Part shown: piece after piece, positions 23,370 through 36,729 of the stretch
Layout of the letters: each line of letters opens with the position of its first letter
Position numbering within the stretch: position 1 is the first letter of the stretch
Notes under the pieces: generated by a model
Databases searched by the model: none
The model's input: the letters and a program-made list of their open reading frames with translations, nothing else
Told to the model about the DNA's origin: nothing
From: the human T2T-CHM13v2.0 reference genome, Homo sapiens
Assembly (NCBI RefSeq): GCF_009914755.1
Contig: NC_060936.1
Length of the DNA: 64,000 nucleotides
Reading direction: 5' to 3' (one strand)
Translations under genes and position numbers: made by a program

Positions 23370-26300
23370 TCTAAAGCATTCAGAACCATGGCTAGAGCTA
23401 TGTGTTTACTATCATTGCTTCAATATGGAGAGTCATCCAAACAGGTTTCATTTGCTCCCAGATAAACTGTCATGGGACCTGCCGTGGCCAGTGCTCACCT
23501 TGTACTGCTGGAATAATTTAACAATTTTTTTCAACTGCCATCATCATCATGCCATTTTATGTCTTCGTAGCATTTATCACTATCTAAAGGTAGGTCGCTT
23601 ATTTATCTTTCTTACCTTACTAGCATGTAAACTCCAGGAGAACAAGGACTTTTCTGTCTTGTTCCCTGCTATTTCCCAGCCACCTACAATAATGGTGCTT
23701 CTGGAAACCTGGGCTGGCCCTTTAAGAAAGGCTTCTTTCTAGGAGTTGCACATTAGTGGTGATCTCACTCAGCACCCTCCCCAACCCCATCATTAGGTAC
23801 TATGCTGTATCTTGTATTAGTGAGCATCAGAGGGCTTGGAAAAATGTCTCTGATTGCCGTAATGGGAAAGCTCGCAAATAAAAAGAGTAAAAAATTATCA
23901 AGCCACCTAAAAATGTTCATTTCTGTGGAAAGGAAAATGTGGGCTTGCTCAGGACTTCCTGGAGTTTGTGACATACAGTATCTTCTCTGGTGGAGCTTAC
24001 TGACACCTGGAAATTTATCTTATGAGCCAAGTATGTGAACTGTCAATGCTGAGCCTGTGACATGGCATTGAAGCTGAGATGTGGCCGTGTCGCATGTAAG
24101 CTCACGATTCAGATCATGCTTTCTGAGCTCCTCAGTGGCACTCAGCAGCTCAGAAATTCAGGGAACACCTGTCATGAGCTTGGATGACGCTTTTCTTGGT
24201 CTGTGACACAGTGAGAAAAACGAGGACAATGCAGTGAGTTTTCCATTAAGCTAACTTTATTAGAGTCAAAGGACAATTCTTTATTTTCATTTTAGAACTG
24301 CCAAATTTAAAAGTGCACTGTCCCATGAATTCCAAAGCCTAGTCGCCTAGCCACTCTAATCACCAGGACGTTATGGGGATCCCCAAGAGCTTAACGTCAT
24401 CATTGATTTTGTTTTTTAATTTGCTTTTTAAAGTTTACAAGGCCTTTACAATAGGCCAGGCAATCGATTCTCCTTTTAAATATGCATCTGGAGGTGAAAG
24501 ATCAAGCCAGCATATGTTTCTAAAGTGCTCACTGTGTACTGAGTCCTATGCTTACAATTTACTTGGGGATATGAGACTCAGCAACTAAAGTACAAAGAAA
24601 ACAATGTATAATTAAATCCTCATGAGGCATCCGCCAAGTACAGGAGCCAGGGGAAGGCTGTCCATGAAGGGTGAAGGGCTGCCCATCCTAGCACTGGCAG
24701 CTCTTCTCTTATCTACCTGTCTCTCCTGCATCAGGCTGCATAAATCCTGGAAGACAGGGGCCGGCCTCAATTATTGTAGCATTCCTGGTACCTATCTGTT
24801 GCCAGACACATGGAGGTACCTAATAAATGAGTGAATAAGGACTGGAGTGAAAAAGGTTTTACTCTGAAGAGGTTGGAATTAAACTGAGCCTCAAAGGATG
24901 GGCAGAGTTGGGACAGGAGGAAGCATTTCTGGTGAAGTAAATATGAATTAAGTTTTAGAAGGAACATGAGACCATTAAACTATCTGATATGGAAAGATGA
25001 TTCTGGGGAATGGTGGAAAATAAGGTTAGATAGAAAAGCTAGTGTCAGATTTAAGTTGTATATTAAAAGTTGCTCAGAAAAGTCGAGATGGAAAAGATAA
25101 GCAATGGGGAAAAGCTAAGTTTTTACTCAATAGAGGCAAAATCGCCACTTAAGGGAGTTTAGTCCGGCAGGGACGATGCAGGGTGAAGCAGACAGAAACT
25201 GCAGTAGCGACACAGCCTTTAGCTTCAGAGGAGAAGAATCAACATGGAATCACCTTTTACTGAGGGCTCAGTGCCAGGCGCCATGCTACGTACTTGATCA
25301 ACACTCTAAGGAGCAGATATTCTTATCCTCAGTTCACACGTTGGCAAATAAGCTTGGAGGGTTAAATGACTTCCTTAAAGTCACACCTAGTAAGTGGCAG
25401 AGGTGGGGTCATCCCAAACCAGTCTGACTCCAAAGCCTATGCTCTCAACTAGATAATATACTGTCCCTAAAAGAAGACGAAATGCTGCAGCCCTCTAAAA
25501 TATAAAAGTGCATATCCCGCACAGCCTGAACACCGTTTGGCCAATATTCCATTTGCTAAACATTCTCTTTTGCCCTTTTCTTTCCCCGTATTTTAAGCTG
25601 TAAGCTTCTCAGGTCTACTCTTTCGTGCCAGATGCTAATATAATTCCAGTGCTTATTCTTGATGCTGCTGCTTGTGGAAAAAAAAAATCAGAATAAGAGA
25701 AAATGCTTCCTCTCTCCTAAAGCTGCAGAAAAACAGATACTATTCTGGGTTAAAAAGCTAGTTCTCTTAAAGAGCTACAAGCTTACTCTGCTATTCTGTG
25801 TGGAAACATGTAAAAATGTACAATTGTGTTTTTATTACCAAACAAGTATTTTAAGACACCTGGGCTTTATAGATTGTTGCTGAATCCTTTAAAATACAGC
25901 TTTGAACTTCTAAATGTTTGCTTTTTAAATTGGTTGCCTTATTTACTAATTTATTAATAATACAATTTCATGTGATATCTTTTTTGAAGACAAACACTTT
26001 TAAGGTGTTCTGGTTAGCTGGATAAGGGGCTTGGGGTTCCTCTCTTGATACAGAAGACTAAAACAAATGCAGATACTGACAAATTCTTTATTCAAATGTA
26101 GTTTGAGTTTTTGCCTGCTTAAGTCAACAATTGATGCTGCGATTCAGAAGGCGGAACAGGATGGGGAGTAGAGAGAGGAAGGTGGCGACTCTGTGTGAGA
26201 CATAACATAATCTGGCAGTGGCAACAGTAATCTTCATGTGGGTCTTACAGAGGAGCTGGCCTGCTTCTGCAGTCTGACTCTCACCTGCTGAGAACACCAT

Positions 26301-26510
26301 CTACACGGTGTTTTTTTTTTCCCTCAGAGAATCTACAGTCATTGTTTTATGGCTGATGCAAGATATAGGTTTTTTTTTAAAAAATCTAAAGAACAGATGG
26401 AATTAGCGTGTAAGTTTTCTGATATGAGGCAAACTGTAAGCAGTCGGAATTAATGAAAGAACACGGGGTTCTCATTCTCCTGATGAATCTTGAGTTTGAT
26501 CAAGTTGGAG

Positions 26511-26722
26511 CAGTGGTTCTCAGCTGGGACAGCTGTGCCCCCAGGGGGCATCTGGCGATGTCTGGAGATGCTTTGGGCTGTCATGAGCGTGTGGGTGGGT
26601 GCCACCAGCATCTAGTGGGCAGGGCCAGGGGTGCTGCTAAACAGACCATAACGCACAGGACAGCCCCACAACAAGGGCAATCTGGCCCCAAAGGTCAAGA
26701 GAGTTTTGGCTGAGAAACCCCC
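26511..26722 (+). mobile_element. MER20 (hAT-Charlie)
   Basis: cagtggttctca...ggcgatgtctggagatg...gcatctagtggg...gctgctaaaca...gcacaggacagcccc...tgagaaaccc matches the recalled MER20 consensus. Confidence 0.85.
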
Positions 26723-29700
26723 AGGGTTAGGGTCAATCTAATTTAAGGCAGGCCTTTTCTCCTCTTTGGACTTGAGGTTTATCCTGCTCTCTCTGGGTTT
26801 CTGGGATGGCTAGTAAACGCAGCGTATGGCACTTTTGGGAGGGCAAACTCTCACCACATGCAGCATCCCTCCCGTACCAGACAGCTGCTAACTCTGGAGA
26901 AAAAGGCAACCAGCAGGTGAGGGGACAATAGGAGCCTATCTGAGTGAGTTTCTTCCTTGTATCTTACACGCTCAGCGAGGCAGGAGTGCAGAAAGGGACT
27001 ACTTAACCTGTTTAGCTAAAATGACTGGAACACTGGATCAGCATTTCCTTGCTTTCTTTTGCTTGGAAGAAAAAGGATTGCAAATAAACTCCAAATTGCC
27101 TAAGAATGTAGTAATTTTCTTCCTGTTTCTTGATAATGTGAGATTTTGCTTTTCTTCTATGAACGCTAAAGTGACCTGAGAAGTGAAGAGGGTGAGTGCA
27201 AGATAAATCTGGAATGCAATAGGGACTCCAGTGTTATGGTTATAAAGCTGCGTATTTCCACAGAAATTAAGTGGACACATTGCAGCTGAGCTAGGTGTGC
27301 AGTTTCCACAGGAGTACTCTATCTAATGCAGGCAGGAAATCTCCAGGAAACTTTGATGTTTAAAGGCTTTAATATTTCTTCAATGCAAAGAGCTTTGTTT
27401 TTAAGGACTTCACTAAATACGTAAACTTTACAAGAATTTTAGACTCCCAATAAATTTATGAAATCATGTCAAAACTCCTAATATTTTATATATACTAGCA
27501 CTTTAAGAAAGCTTTCCAGGCGGGAGAAATGAAAGTACAGGTTCCATGGTCACCAGGAAACCCTGTTTACAAGAGCCATAATTTGAACTTTGTAATTTGC
27601 AGAAATATACTACAGAAATTGAAGTAATTAGTGCTGCGCTGGTAAATCTTAAAATGGTTTTCTACTTGGAAAAGGTCTCTCCCAAAATAAAAACAATTGC
27701 TCAGGTTATAAAAGCAGTTTAAAAATAAAGTTTAAACGTAACAGGTACAAACTGAAAAGTTATTTATCTTTTTTTTAAAAAAAGTGTCTGTATTAACAAC
27801 AAGGAGGCTATTCCAATATAACACAGAAGACTACATAAATTATTCAAGTTCTTAGTACTTTTAAAGAAAATCCTTTCATATCTATTTTTGTGAATTTGGG
27901 GGTATAAGAGAAGGTTATGTCTTCTATATGGGGGGGTGATATAAATTATTACAGTTCATTCTTTCCATAAAGGAAGCATCTTTAAGCAGCTTTGAGCCAG
28001 ACACTGTGGAGGACACTCAGAACACACCAACAAATAGAAGAGATAAAAATTCTGCCTTTGTGGAGCTAATATTTGGGAGTGGGGGTGGGGCACACAATTC
28101 ATACAAAAAGTAGAATTTTTTCACAAAGGCTAAATTAAATGGAACTTCCTAAATTCTTGACACTTGCCTTACAGAACAGCTCAATGACTACCTACCACCA
28201 TGATTTCAGAGTAGGTGAATCTAAACCTGAGTATACAAATTACAGGGAGCTGTAATTTAAGAAACTAGTATCTTTATAAATTGCTTTTTAAAAATTCCAG
28301 ACAATATTATGACAACCAAGAGTCACTCTACTTCCATTAGCTGAATAATGTTTCAAGATATCACATTTCTGCCAATTTTAAATAACAATTGCATTATTTT
28401 TTAATGTAAATTTTGTTTTCTAAAGTTCCTAATTCCCTTTGTACCAGCAGAATAGTGAGGCAATTAGTTAATAATTTATATTTACCTAAAAACTGATAAA
28501 GAAATTAAAATTCAAATGGAAAAAACATCTCGTCACCTGACAATCCCCACGGATGAGCTGCTGGGTCTTTTTTTGAATACTGGGTCTTTTTTTTAAATAC
28601 TTGTTCTTAAAGCTCAAATTATGATGGTAAAATCAATTGACGTATTAGGACACCTGATATGTTTGATAACATTTGAAAACTACAATTTTAAATCGCTAAA
28701 TATATTGCCAGTTAAATATACTGTTTGGAATGACGTGTGTGCTTGTACGTGTGCATCGAGATATAGTGAGGTCTATCAATAAACACTTGTGTATAACTGA
28801 GGAGACAAGACTAACCACTCACAGAAAAGCAAATTGATCTTTGGGATGCAATCTCTTCTCAATAAAGAGGAATCTTGATTCATCTTGACCTCTGTATATT
28901 CTGTCCAGAAGTCAAAGTTTATTGCTCTCACTGGAGTATGAAGTCCTGCTTTTCTTTCTCACTTTTTCCTGTCTTGACTATGGACAATTGTGAAAACAGT
29001 GAGGGCTGCACGCTCTTGGAGGAGCTTACATTTCTCACGGCCCTCATGTAACCCATGTTGGGCTGTTTTGGAAATATACTTCCTTTGGTGAATAACACGG
29101 TCAAGGTTATCTATGGTCAGTCATCTTTCTCAGACTGAACAGTCCCTTATGGTGGCTCTTTCCCACACTGTCCCTGTCCTAGATCAGGCCCCACATCGTA
29201 GAAGGGACTCTAAAGACTGTCAGGGTTTCAGAGAGCCTCTTGGTAGCTCCAAAGTGCCTTCATCTTGCTCCAGTGTCCCATGGCCTGGTACACACCAACA
29301 AGAAGGGATGCCAGGGAAAATCATATGTGGGTGGCATGCTCCAAATTTACCAGTGTAGCTCATCAGCACTGTGTGAGTTGTTTGACCCGTCCATTCATGT
29401 TGTGGGAAGTAGCCATAAAGACAACGAGAGCAGCTTATCTACGGATGGGGCTGTAGGGTGGGAGGCAGGCATTTATAAGCATATTCACATTAGTTTTATT
29501 CAAATGAGAAAAAATGGGTTTTCATGTGAATGCTTTAGTAATTTCACTGGGTATAGAAGATGCATGCAAAGGCTAACACAATGACTGTCAAAAAGACTTC
29601 TGAAATATTTTATTTCCAGATTTGGTACATTAAGTGTGTCTATTTGTAACAGGAGTCCATCATTTCCAGATTGGATTGTAAATAAAGCTGTAAAGCCCTA

Positions 29701-32185
29701 CACATTCATCAATGCCTTCACTGTCTTGTCCACAATCAGAAGAGGTGGTAAAATGTCCAAATGGAACTCTGAAAAATAACCTAGCCAGGAATTTTCAGAA
29801 ACTGGACTGAAGTGGCTGGATTCCCTACCTATAAATGTAACCATGAGAGTTGTGACAAACAAAAATCTGGGATCTTCACCTAAAAAACTGAGTAGGCTTC
29901 GGAGGCTTCTGGTTACATCCCCAATGGTAGGACATTCCATGTGAGAGGAAGCTGTGTTCTTTTGAGAAATAGCTAAGTCTTGCACACTGATGGAAAGCAC
30001 TGATGAGGGTGTCAGTGCATCTCATTCCCAGGTTCACTCTGCAGTTCAGCAGTCCAAACATCACTTCAACCTTCCTTCAAGGGACTCTAAAGTTCTGCTT
30101 GCTACTAACCTGCCGAGGATTCCCAGTTTCTTCAGTAGGAACATGCTGGCCCCAACGACTTCACACCTTCTAACTAAACTCAGTTTTCCTCTAAACACAG
30201 GAATGGCTAATTTGCTGCTTTCCACTTAAATTTCAGACTCAAGATGGTCACTGCACAGGCAGGTCCCGCTGGCATCCTGAGACTACTTGGAAAGGCACTC
30301 TGCTCTAACCACAGCCTGCTAATGAGTAACATTCAGTGCAGTGTTCTAGAATTAGCCAGTCGTCATCCAAAGCTCTGAGTTCCATCCTGCAAAAAGGGAT
30401 GAGACACAAGAACCTCCAAATAGACAGCTGTCAACCTATCTCCAAGGTCTCAAGTCTAGCTTTGTTTCTACTTGGATATTTATTTTGTCTCTCCCCTAAA
30501 AACCTGCCTTTGCCCTCAAACAATATGGTTTGGCTTTGTTCACCTCTGAACTGGGTCCTGATACCACAGTCTTACTGTACTAATAAACTTGTCAAAAACT
30601 GACTTGACCGCTTTATTGATGGAAAGCAATTCCTCACTTGAAATCACATTGCAGAGGCTGAGGAGGATTACACATCCTTCCTCCCCCGAGAGCAATAGGG
30701 CATGTCAATGAGCAAGTACCTTAATGCCAGAAAGCTGCTGCTCTATTCTACTAGAACGTTCTGGTCTTGTCATAGGGACTCAACCAGAAGATAAAGATGA
30801 CTCAGTATCAGATACTGACCTTCCTTGAAAATGACAGGCCAAACCTAATAACTTCTGCTATGTTCTTATCTATGGGAACACAAAACTGAGCGAAAAACTC
30901 CAACCTTTCTCCATCTTTCTTATCAATGTGCAAGATTTGGCTATTTTTAAAAAGTGTATCTGCTCTCCCACGCTACTAGCCACCGAGGCAGAAACACTAG
31001 CAGTGCCTTTCATCTGGGTTGATGTGTGTGACAGCCGAAGAGAAAGGAGTTACAAAAAGCCTCCTTCAATGTTTAAGGTATGGCACGAGCCTAACCTCTT
31101 ACGTTCACTTATCATTAGAAAAATATGGAGAGCCTAAGATAATTATGCTATGTATGACAGAGATGGAACTTTCTCTTGGGAACCCAGTGTTTTTACGTGT
31201 CCTCTGCATTATATCGAAGATGATCTTTTCAGAGTATGATGCCACGGATTTCTAGGTAAAATGTGCAACTTTAAGAAAGACAGTATTGTAATAATATTGA
31301 GAATGACAATTTACATGTAGTGTTTAATGCTTAAACAATGTTACCTAAGAACATGGGCTTTAATGACTTCTCATAAACTCTCTTACCTGCATAGTAAATG
31401 AGAAGGGCACAGGATGCATTTAGAAATGGACTGGGGAGGAAATCTGAAGAGCAAAGGATAATGGATTTTATGCAGACCTAAATTTAGTATCTTAAGTGTT
31501 GCCAAAGAGGCAACAAAAAGAAAATTTGTAGAAGCAGAGTATTATGTGCCTCATATTCCATTTATTAAAAGTTTTCTTCTGTCGTTTTTTTCCCCTTTTT
31601 ATAAGCAGCTTACTCAGGCTTGCTCTATTTGGTGCTAACCAATGGAAGTTCACTGCTCAGTCTTGAGAATTCAGCTAGAATAAAGAATTTCAGAAACAAG
31701 GAGAAAACTTACTCCTTCACAGAAGAGTAGACACTTCTTGCTTCGTAGTAAAGTTCTTTCTGATAAAGCAGTAAATTGGGAATAATCATGAAAGTATTGA
31801 TCTCGGTCGGCTCTCCAGTGTGGAAATTTGCATGTAAACTGTTTTCTGATTAACAAAGAAGTCTTTAAAGATGTTTGTGTGATCCCTTCAGAAGTCATGG
31901 TTAAAGCTTTAAAGTGCAACCTTTAACCTTGAAAATGCTGCTTTCTAACTTGCCTTATTTGCTAATTTGTTGTCCTGGTAATAATATTTAAGTAGTATCT
32001 GTGATTTTTTTTCCTGAAAAAATAAACACTTTTAAAGTTTTATTTCTTGGTTGGCCAGAAAAACTTGATATTCGTCTCTTTTCCCTTCATGCATACAGCA
32101 TAAATAAATGGTATATTCCTTGTTCAAAGTTTGAGGAGTCTTAGTCACTTATCACACCCAAAGTCAGCTAATGGGTAAGAGACAC

Positions 32186-32396
32186 AAAAGCATGACACAA
32201 ACTCATCTGCTACAGAATGAGAGAGAGTAACTATTTTAAAAGACATTTAAAAAGTGAAAAGCATGAGACAAACTCATCTGCTAGAGAACAAGACAGAGTA
32301 ACTATTTTAAAAGACGTTTAAAAAGTTAAAAGCATGAAACAAACTCATCTGCTAGAGAACGAGAGAGTAACTACTTTAAAAGACATTTAAAAAGTT
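32186..32396. repeat. Diverged 71-bp tandem repeat, 3 copies
   Basis: aaaagcatgaNacaaactcatctgctaNagaa...gagtaactattttaaaagacatttaaaaagt starts at 32186, 32257 and 32328. Confidence 0.93.
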
Positions 32397-32932
32397 AAGT
32401 CCATGCAAACATTAATTCAGAATTGTTTTTTCCTCTTCTTCCTAAAATGGAGAGGTCAGATCTTGGTTTAACTCAATCGGCCTCATTACTGACTTGCTGC
32501 ACTTCAATCCTTGTGTATTGGGCACTCTGGTGTTCACAGGCAACTCTGCTCTGCTTCTTAGCCACAGACTGGAGTCCCCACCTCATTGACCCACTTAATA
32601 CATGTATTAGATTGACACTCAGTAGCCGAATCTTTATTATAATAGATAAATCCTTATTCCCATTGCTGATAAAACCATCATTCTCAAGATTGGTTTCATA
32701 CAAATAGGGCACATGTCTTTCTTCTTCAAACACAAAGCTCCAATTCCCCTAAGCTTTTCGGCTTGCTGTAATTCTACTTCTTGGCTTTGTTTTACCTTCA
32801 GCTGCCAGCATATTTTAAAAACCATGCAGACATACTGAAAAAACATCCAATGCAACTTAATGTAGGTGGATATGACTGGACTTTTTGCTGTGAAACTTGA
32901 GTCATGTTTGAGTAATGAAATAAACAAACTAA

Positions 32933-33263
<331 letters not shown>

Positions 33264-36044
33264 TTATTCAGTATCTTTTAAAACATGTTTTCAGCCAAGT
33301 AAAAGAACGATTCACCTTCATAATTTGCTGGCTCTCCAAAGGATGACTGGCACCATCCCATTTTTTAAAAACAGCTTTAAAAAAAGTCTTTTCTGCTTGC
33401 CTTCCTAGAAAAGGGTAATTTTCCTCTTGATTCAATGTTTATTGTAGAAAATAAAGTTAAAGAAAGAAATACAAATCATGTATAATTAAAAAGAGTCTTT
33501 TAAAACACATTGAATTCGAGAGTGCTTTATTCCCTGTAATGTGCCATACAAATGCAAAGCACGACTAAGAATCATCTTCGATAGCAGGTGGGTCTTTAAT
33601 CTACTAAAAAATCTTCCTAGGGTTCATGTAGGTGTCTGCGGATGTTGCTACGTCCACAACTCTAGAAGCCAGCATAAGAAAACAAAAAACAAAAGCCACA
33701 GTGCTAAAAGGGAAGTACAGAAGTCCTCGAATATAGTTGCCATCGGAATACCCAGGAGTCCCTCTCAGAAAGACCCTCCTATACCTCTGTGATACCTCCT
33801 AATAGCCATTCACGCCAAGTGGGGAACCAGCTGATCCCAAAAGCCCCTAGGGAAGGAGCAGCCCCTTCTTTCCACCGCTAGTTCTCACCATAAACAACTT
33901 TTGCCTTCATATAGAAGTGAAATCTGTTTTTCTGTACTCAATAATTACTCAAAATAAATGAAATCCCTTGCTGCATGACAGACCTTCAAATATTTGAAGA
34001 CAATTAGGACACAGCCACTTCCGTGCCCAAATCCTTCTGCAGGTTGAAACATCAAAGCTGAAGATGTGGAAACTGGTGTCATTAAGTTAGCACCTACCTA
34101 GCCGGGATGAAACTTCAATCTGACTCAAACATTTACTGCAACATTGGTGTGTGAAGATACAAAGTCACCTAGTCACTGCCCTTGAAGGACATGGAATTCA
34201 GTAAATTCAGTAGATATAATTAATCTTAGTTACCAAATGTGTGCCCACTATGTATTAGAAACTATTTATGGCTGACCTTGTTCCAGATAGAAGGAAAAAA
34301 GTTCCATGACTTTTCTTGCCAGAAATACGAGAAAATGCTTTTTTAACATAAGTATTTTTTAAAAGCATCAACATTTTATTAACGTTAGTATCGTTGCAAA
34401 GGCATCCTACCAATTAGGTAATTATGTTGAGATCAATTTATCCAAAGATAATTGGATAAGTTGAGATCAATTTATCCAATTTTGCAATTTATCCAACATG
34501 GCAGATGAGTTATAAACCCAAGATGAATGATTCGTTTTTTAAAGAGTTAATAAAAATATCTAATTTCAAAAAAACCCTATTTGTTAGACCGATGTATTTA
34601 AAATGTGTCACAGTAAAAATCTCACACAAATAATTGTCCTGTACTTTAGATCTTAAATGTACCTAAACTAAATTTACTGAGTAATTATAATACGCAGAGG
34701 AGTAACAAAACTATTTTAAGATTTTTCAGTGGTGTGTATGGATATGTACGCATACCCGTATATATAATCACGAGTTTTAAAGCCTTCTTCCAAGCATATT
34801 TCACATAAGATGAACAGTTAGCCAAAAGAATTACATACATTTCAAAACATCTTTGGAGGTAAAAGCCACTTTAAACGTTAGCATCTTTTTCCTTACAATG
34901 CAATAGCGAGAAAATGCATGGGAATTCTTGATGAGCAAAAAAAAAAAAAAAGAAAAGTCGTTTTATCAATACCAATGCTCTTTAAATAAATTTCAAACGT
35001 AAAAGTTTTAAAATGGCAATCCTAGTTTTAATACTCTTACAGGTTTCTGGAACTGCGTAATATGTTAAAGTATTACAGCGTGGTAGCTTGCATTTTGTTA
35101 TAAAACCGACTACTGCAACCTAAGCTACAGAGCGCGGTTATATTTTCTCTCTGGCAGCCTAATTTTCCTTAGTGGACTAGATCGTACTGCTAAATACCAA
35201 AACTTGAAATGAAACAATACAGGTCAGCATGAAAACCTAAGTTAGAGAAACTCACTCGCCGTAGCAGACGGCAGCCCAGTAGCCAAGCCTGGAGCTCTGC
35301 TGCGTTTGTGCATTCTGCTCCGTTTCACGAATCACAGGCAAATCGTTACTCAGAGTAAACTAAAGCCGCATCAAAGCTTCAGGAAGGGGCTGGCAAGGTA
35401 GTGTACTTACGGAAAGGCTACCAGGACGGGAGGCGATACAACTTGTCAGGGAGGGTCTCTAAGGTTCCCCGGGTGGTAACAAGCATTTAAAAAGGCGATG
35501 TGGATTCAGACGGCCTCCTCCCCACAGCATCCCAGACAAAGCCGGGCTAGGCCCCGGGGCGCTCCTGGTGCACCTGCAATGCGGATCCCTCGCCCTGCGA
35601 TCCCACCCCGGGGCAGACAGGAGCGCCCCGGGACCGGCCTCTCCTCCCCCTTGGCACTGGGGTGGGCGCGCGCCGCGGCCGGTCCGCACCCTGGACTGGA
35701 GCCCGGGCCGGGGAGCCCCCTCCCCAGAAAGGGCCGGCAGACCCCGCGGGGGCGGGCGCGGGGGTCGCCGAGCCTCAGGGACCCTCTTTCCCCGACTCCG
35801 CCGTCTCCCGAGTTGCCTTCGCCCGGGGCCACCCCTGCCCCTGGGGGAGCTAACGTGGCTCCCAAGCCCCGGAGGTGGGGCAGGAGGACCCCGTCCCCCG
35901 TCTCCCGGCGGGGAGGGTTTTTAAAGTCTTCGCCACGAACTCCCGTCCCTGCCCGGCCCCTCCGCCCCTGCCCGGCCCCTCCGCCCCCGCCGGCGCTGCC
36001 AGGTGAGCGGGGCCGGACTCGACACACCCCGGGCCCCGCCTCAC

Positions 36045-36140
36045 CTGCGGGCGCCGCCGTCGCGTTCCTTCAGGCGGCTGCCCTCTTAGGCTCGGTCCTC
36101 CCGGCGGGCGGCCGTGGGGGCCCGTGGCCCATGGGCTGGG
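36045..36140 (-). other. CCDC92: CCDC92 non-coding exon 1 (5' boundary approximate)
   Basis: Strong minus-strand donor CCGCAG|gtgagg at 36045/36044 inside the CpG island, giving an intron 1 of ~28.2 kb. The TSS cannot be determined from sequence. Confidence 0.75.
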
Positions 36141-36729
36141 CGGGGCGCGGCGGGCGGGGCTGCCTGGGCTCGGGCGCTGCCCGGGCCGGGCCGCCGAGGG
36201 AGGTCAGTGGGCACCGCCCGCCCGGCGCATCTCGCCCGCTCCCACCCCAGCGCTAGCCGCGGTGCACCCTGGGAGCGGGGCCGGCGGCGAGGCCTGGCCG
36301 CGCTGACCCGGCGGGCTAGGCGCCGGCGCGGCGGCGGGCCTGTGTCTGCCGGGCTGGGCGGGGGCGGCGGGCCGATATTCACTTGGCGAGGCGGGGCTAC
36401 GCCCCCTTCCGCCCGGCTGTGGCGGGGCAGGGGCGAAGGCCGAGGGGAAGGGAGGGTCGGGCCCGCGGGACGCAGGCGCACAGCTCAGGTGCGGCCGCAC
36501 TGCGGTTGCCCTGGGTAACGCGGCCCGAGGGAGGGGGGGGCGCGGGGAGGAGCGAGGGAGGCGAGCGGGAGCGCGCGCGCCGGGCGCTGGGGTGGGGGAT
36601 GGCCGGGCCCGACCGGGCCGGGGCTGGGGGGCGGGGGCGGAGGCGGGCGGTGGGGGCGCGGGCCGGGTGGCCGCGCATGCGTGCGGCCCCCGCTCCCCCG
36701 GGGCTTCCCCGGCCTCGTGCGTGCGCACG

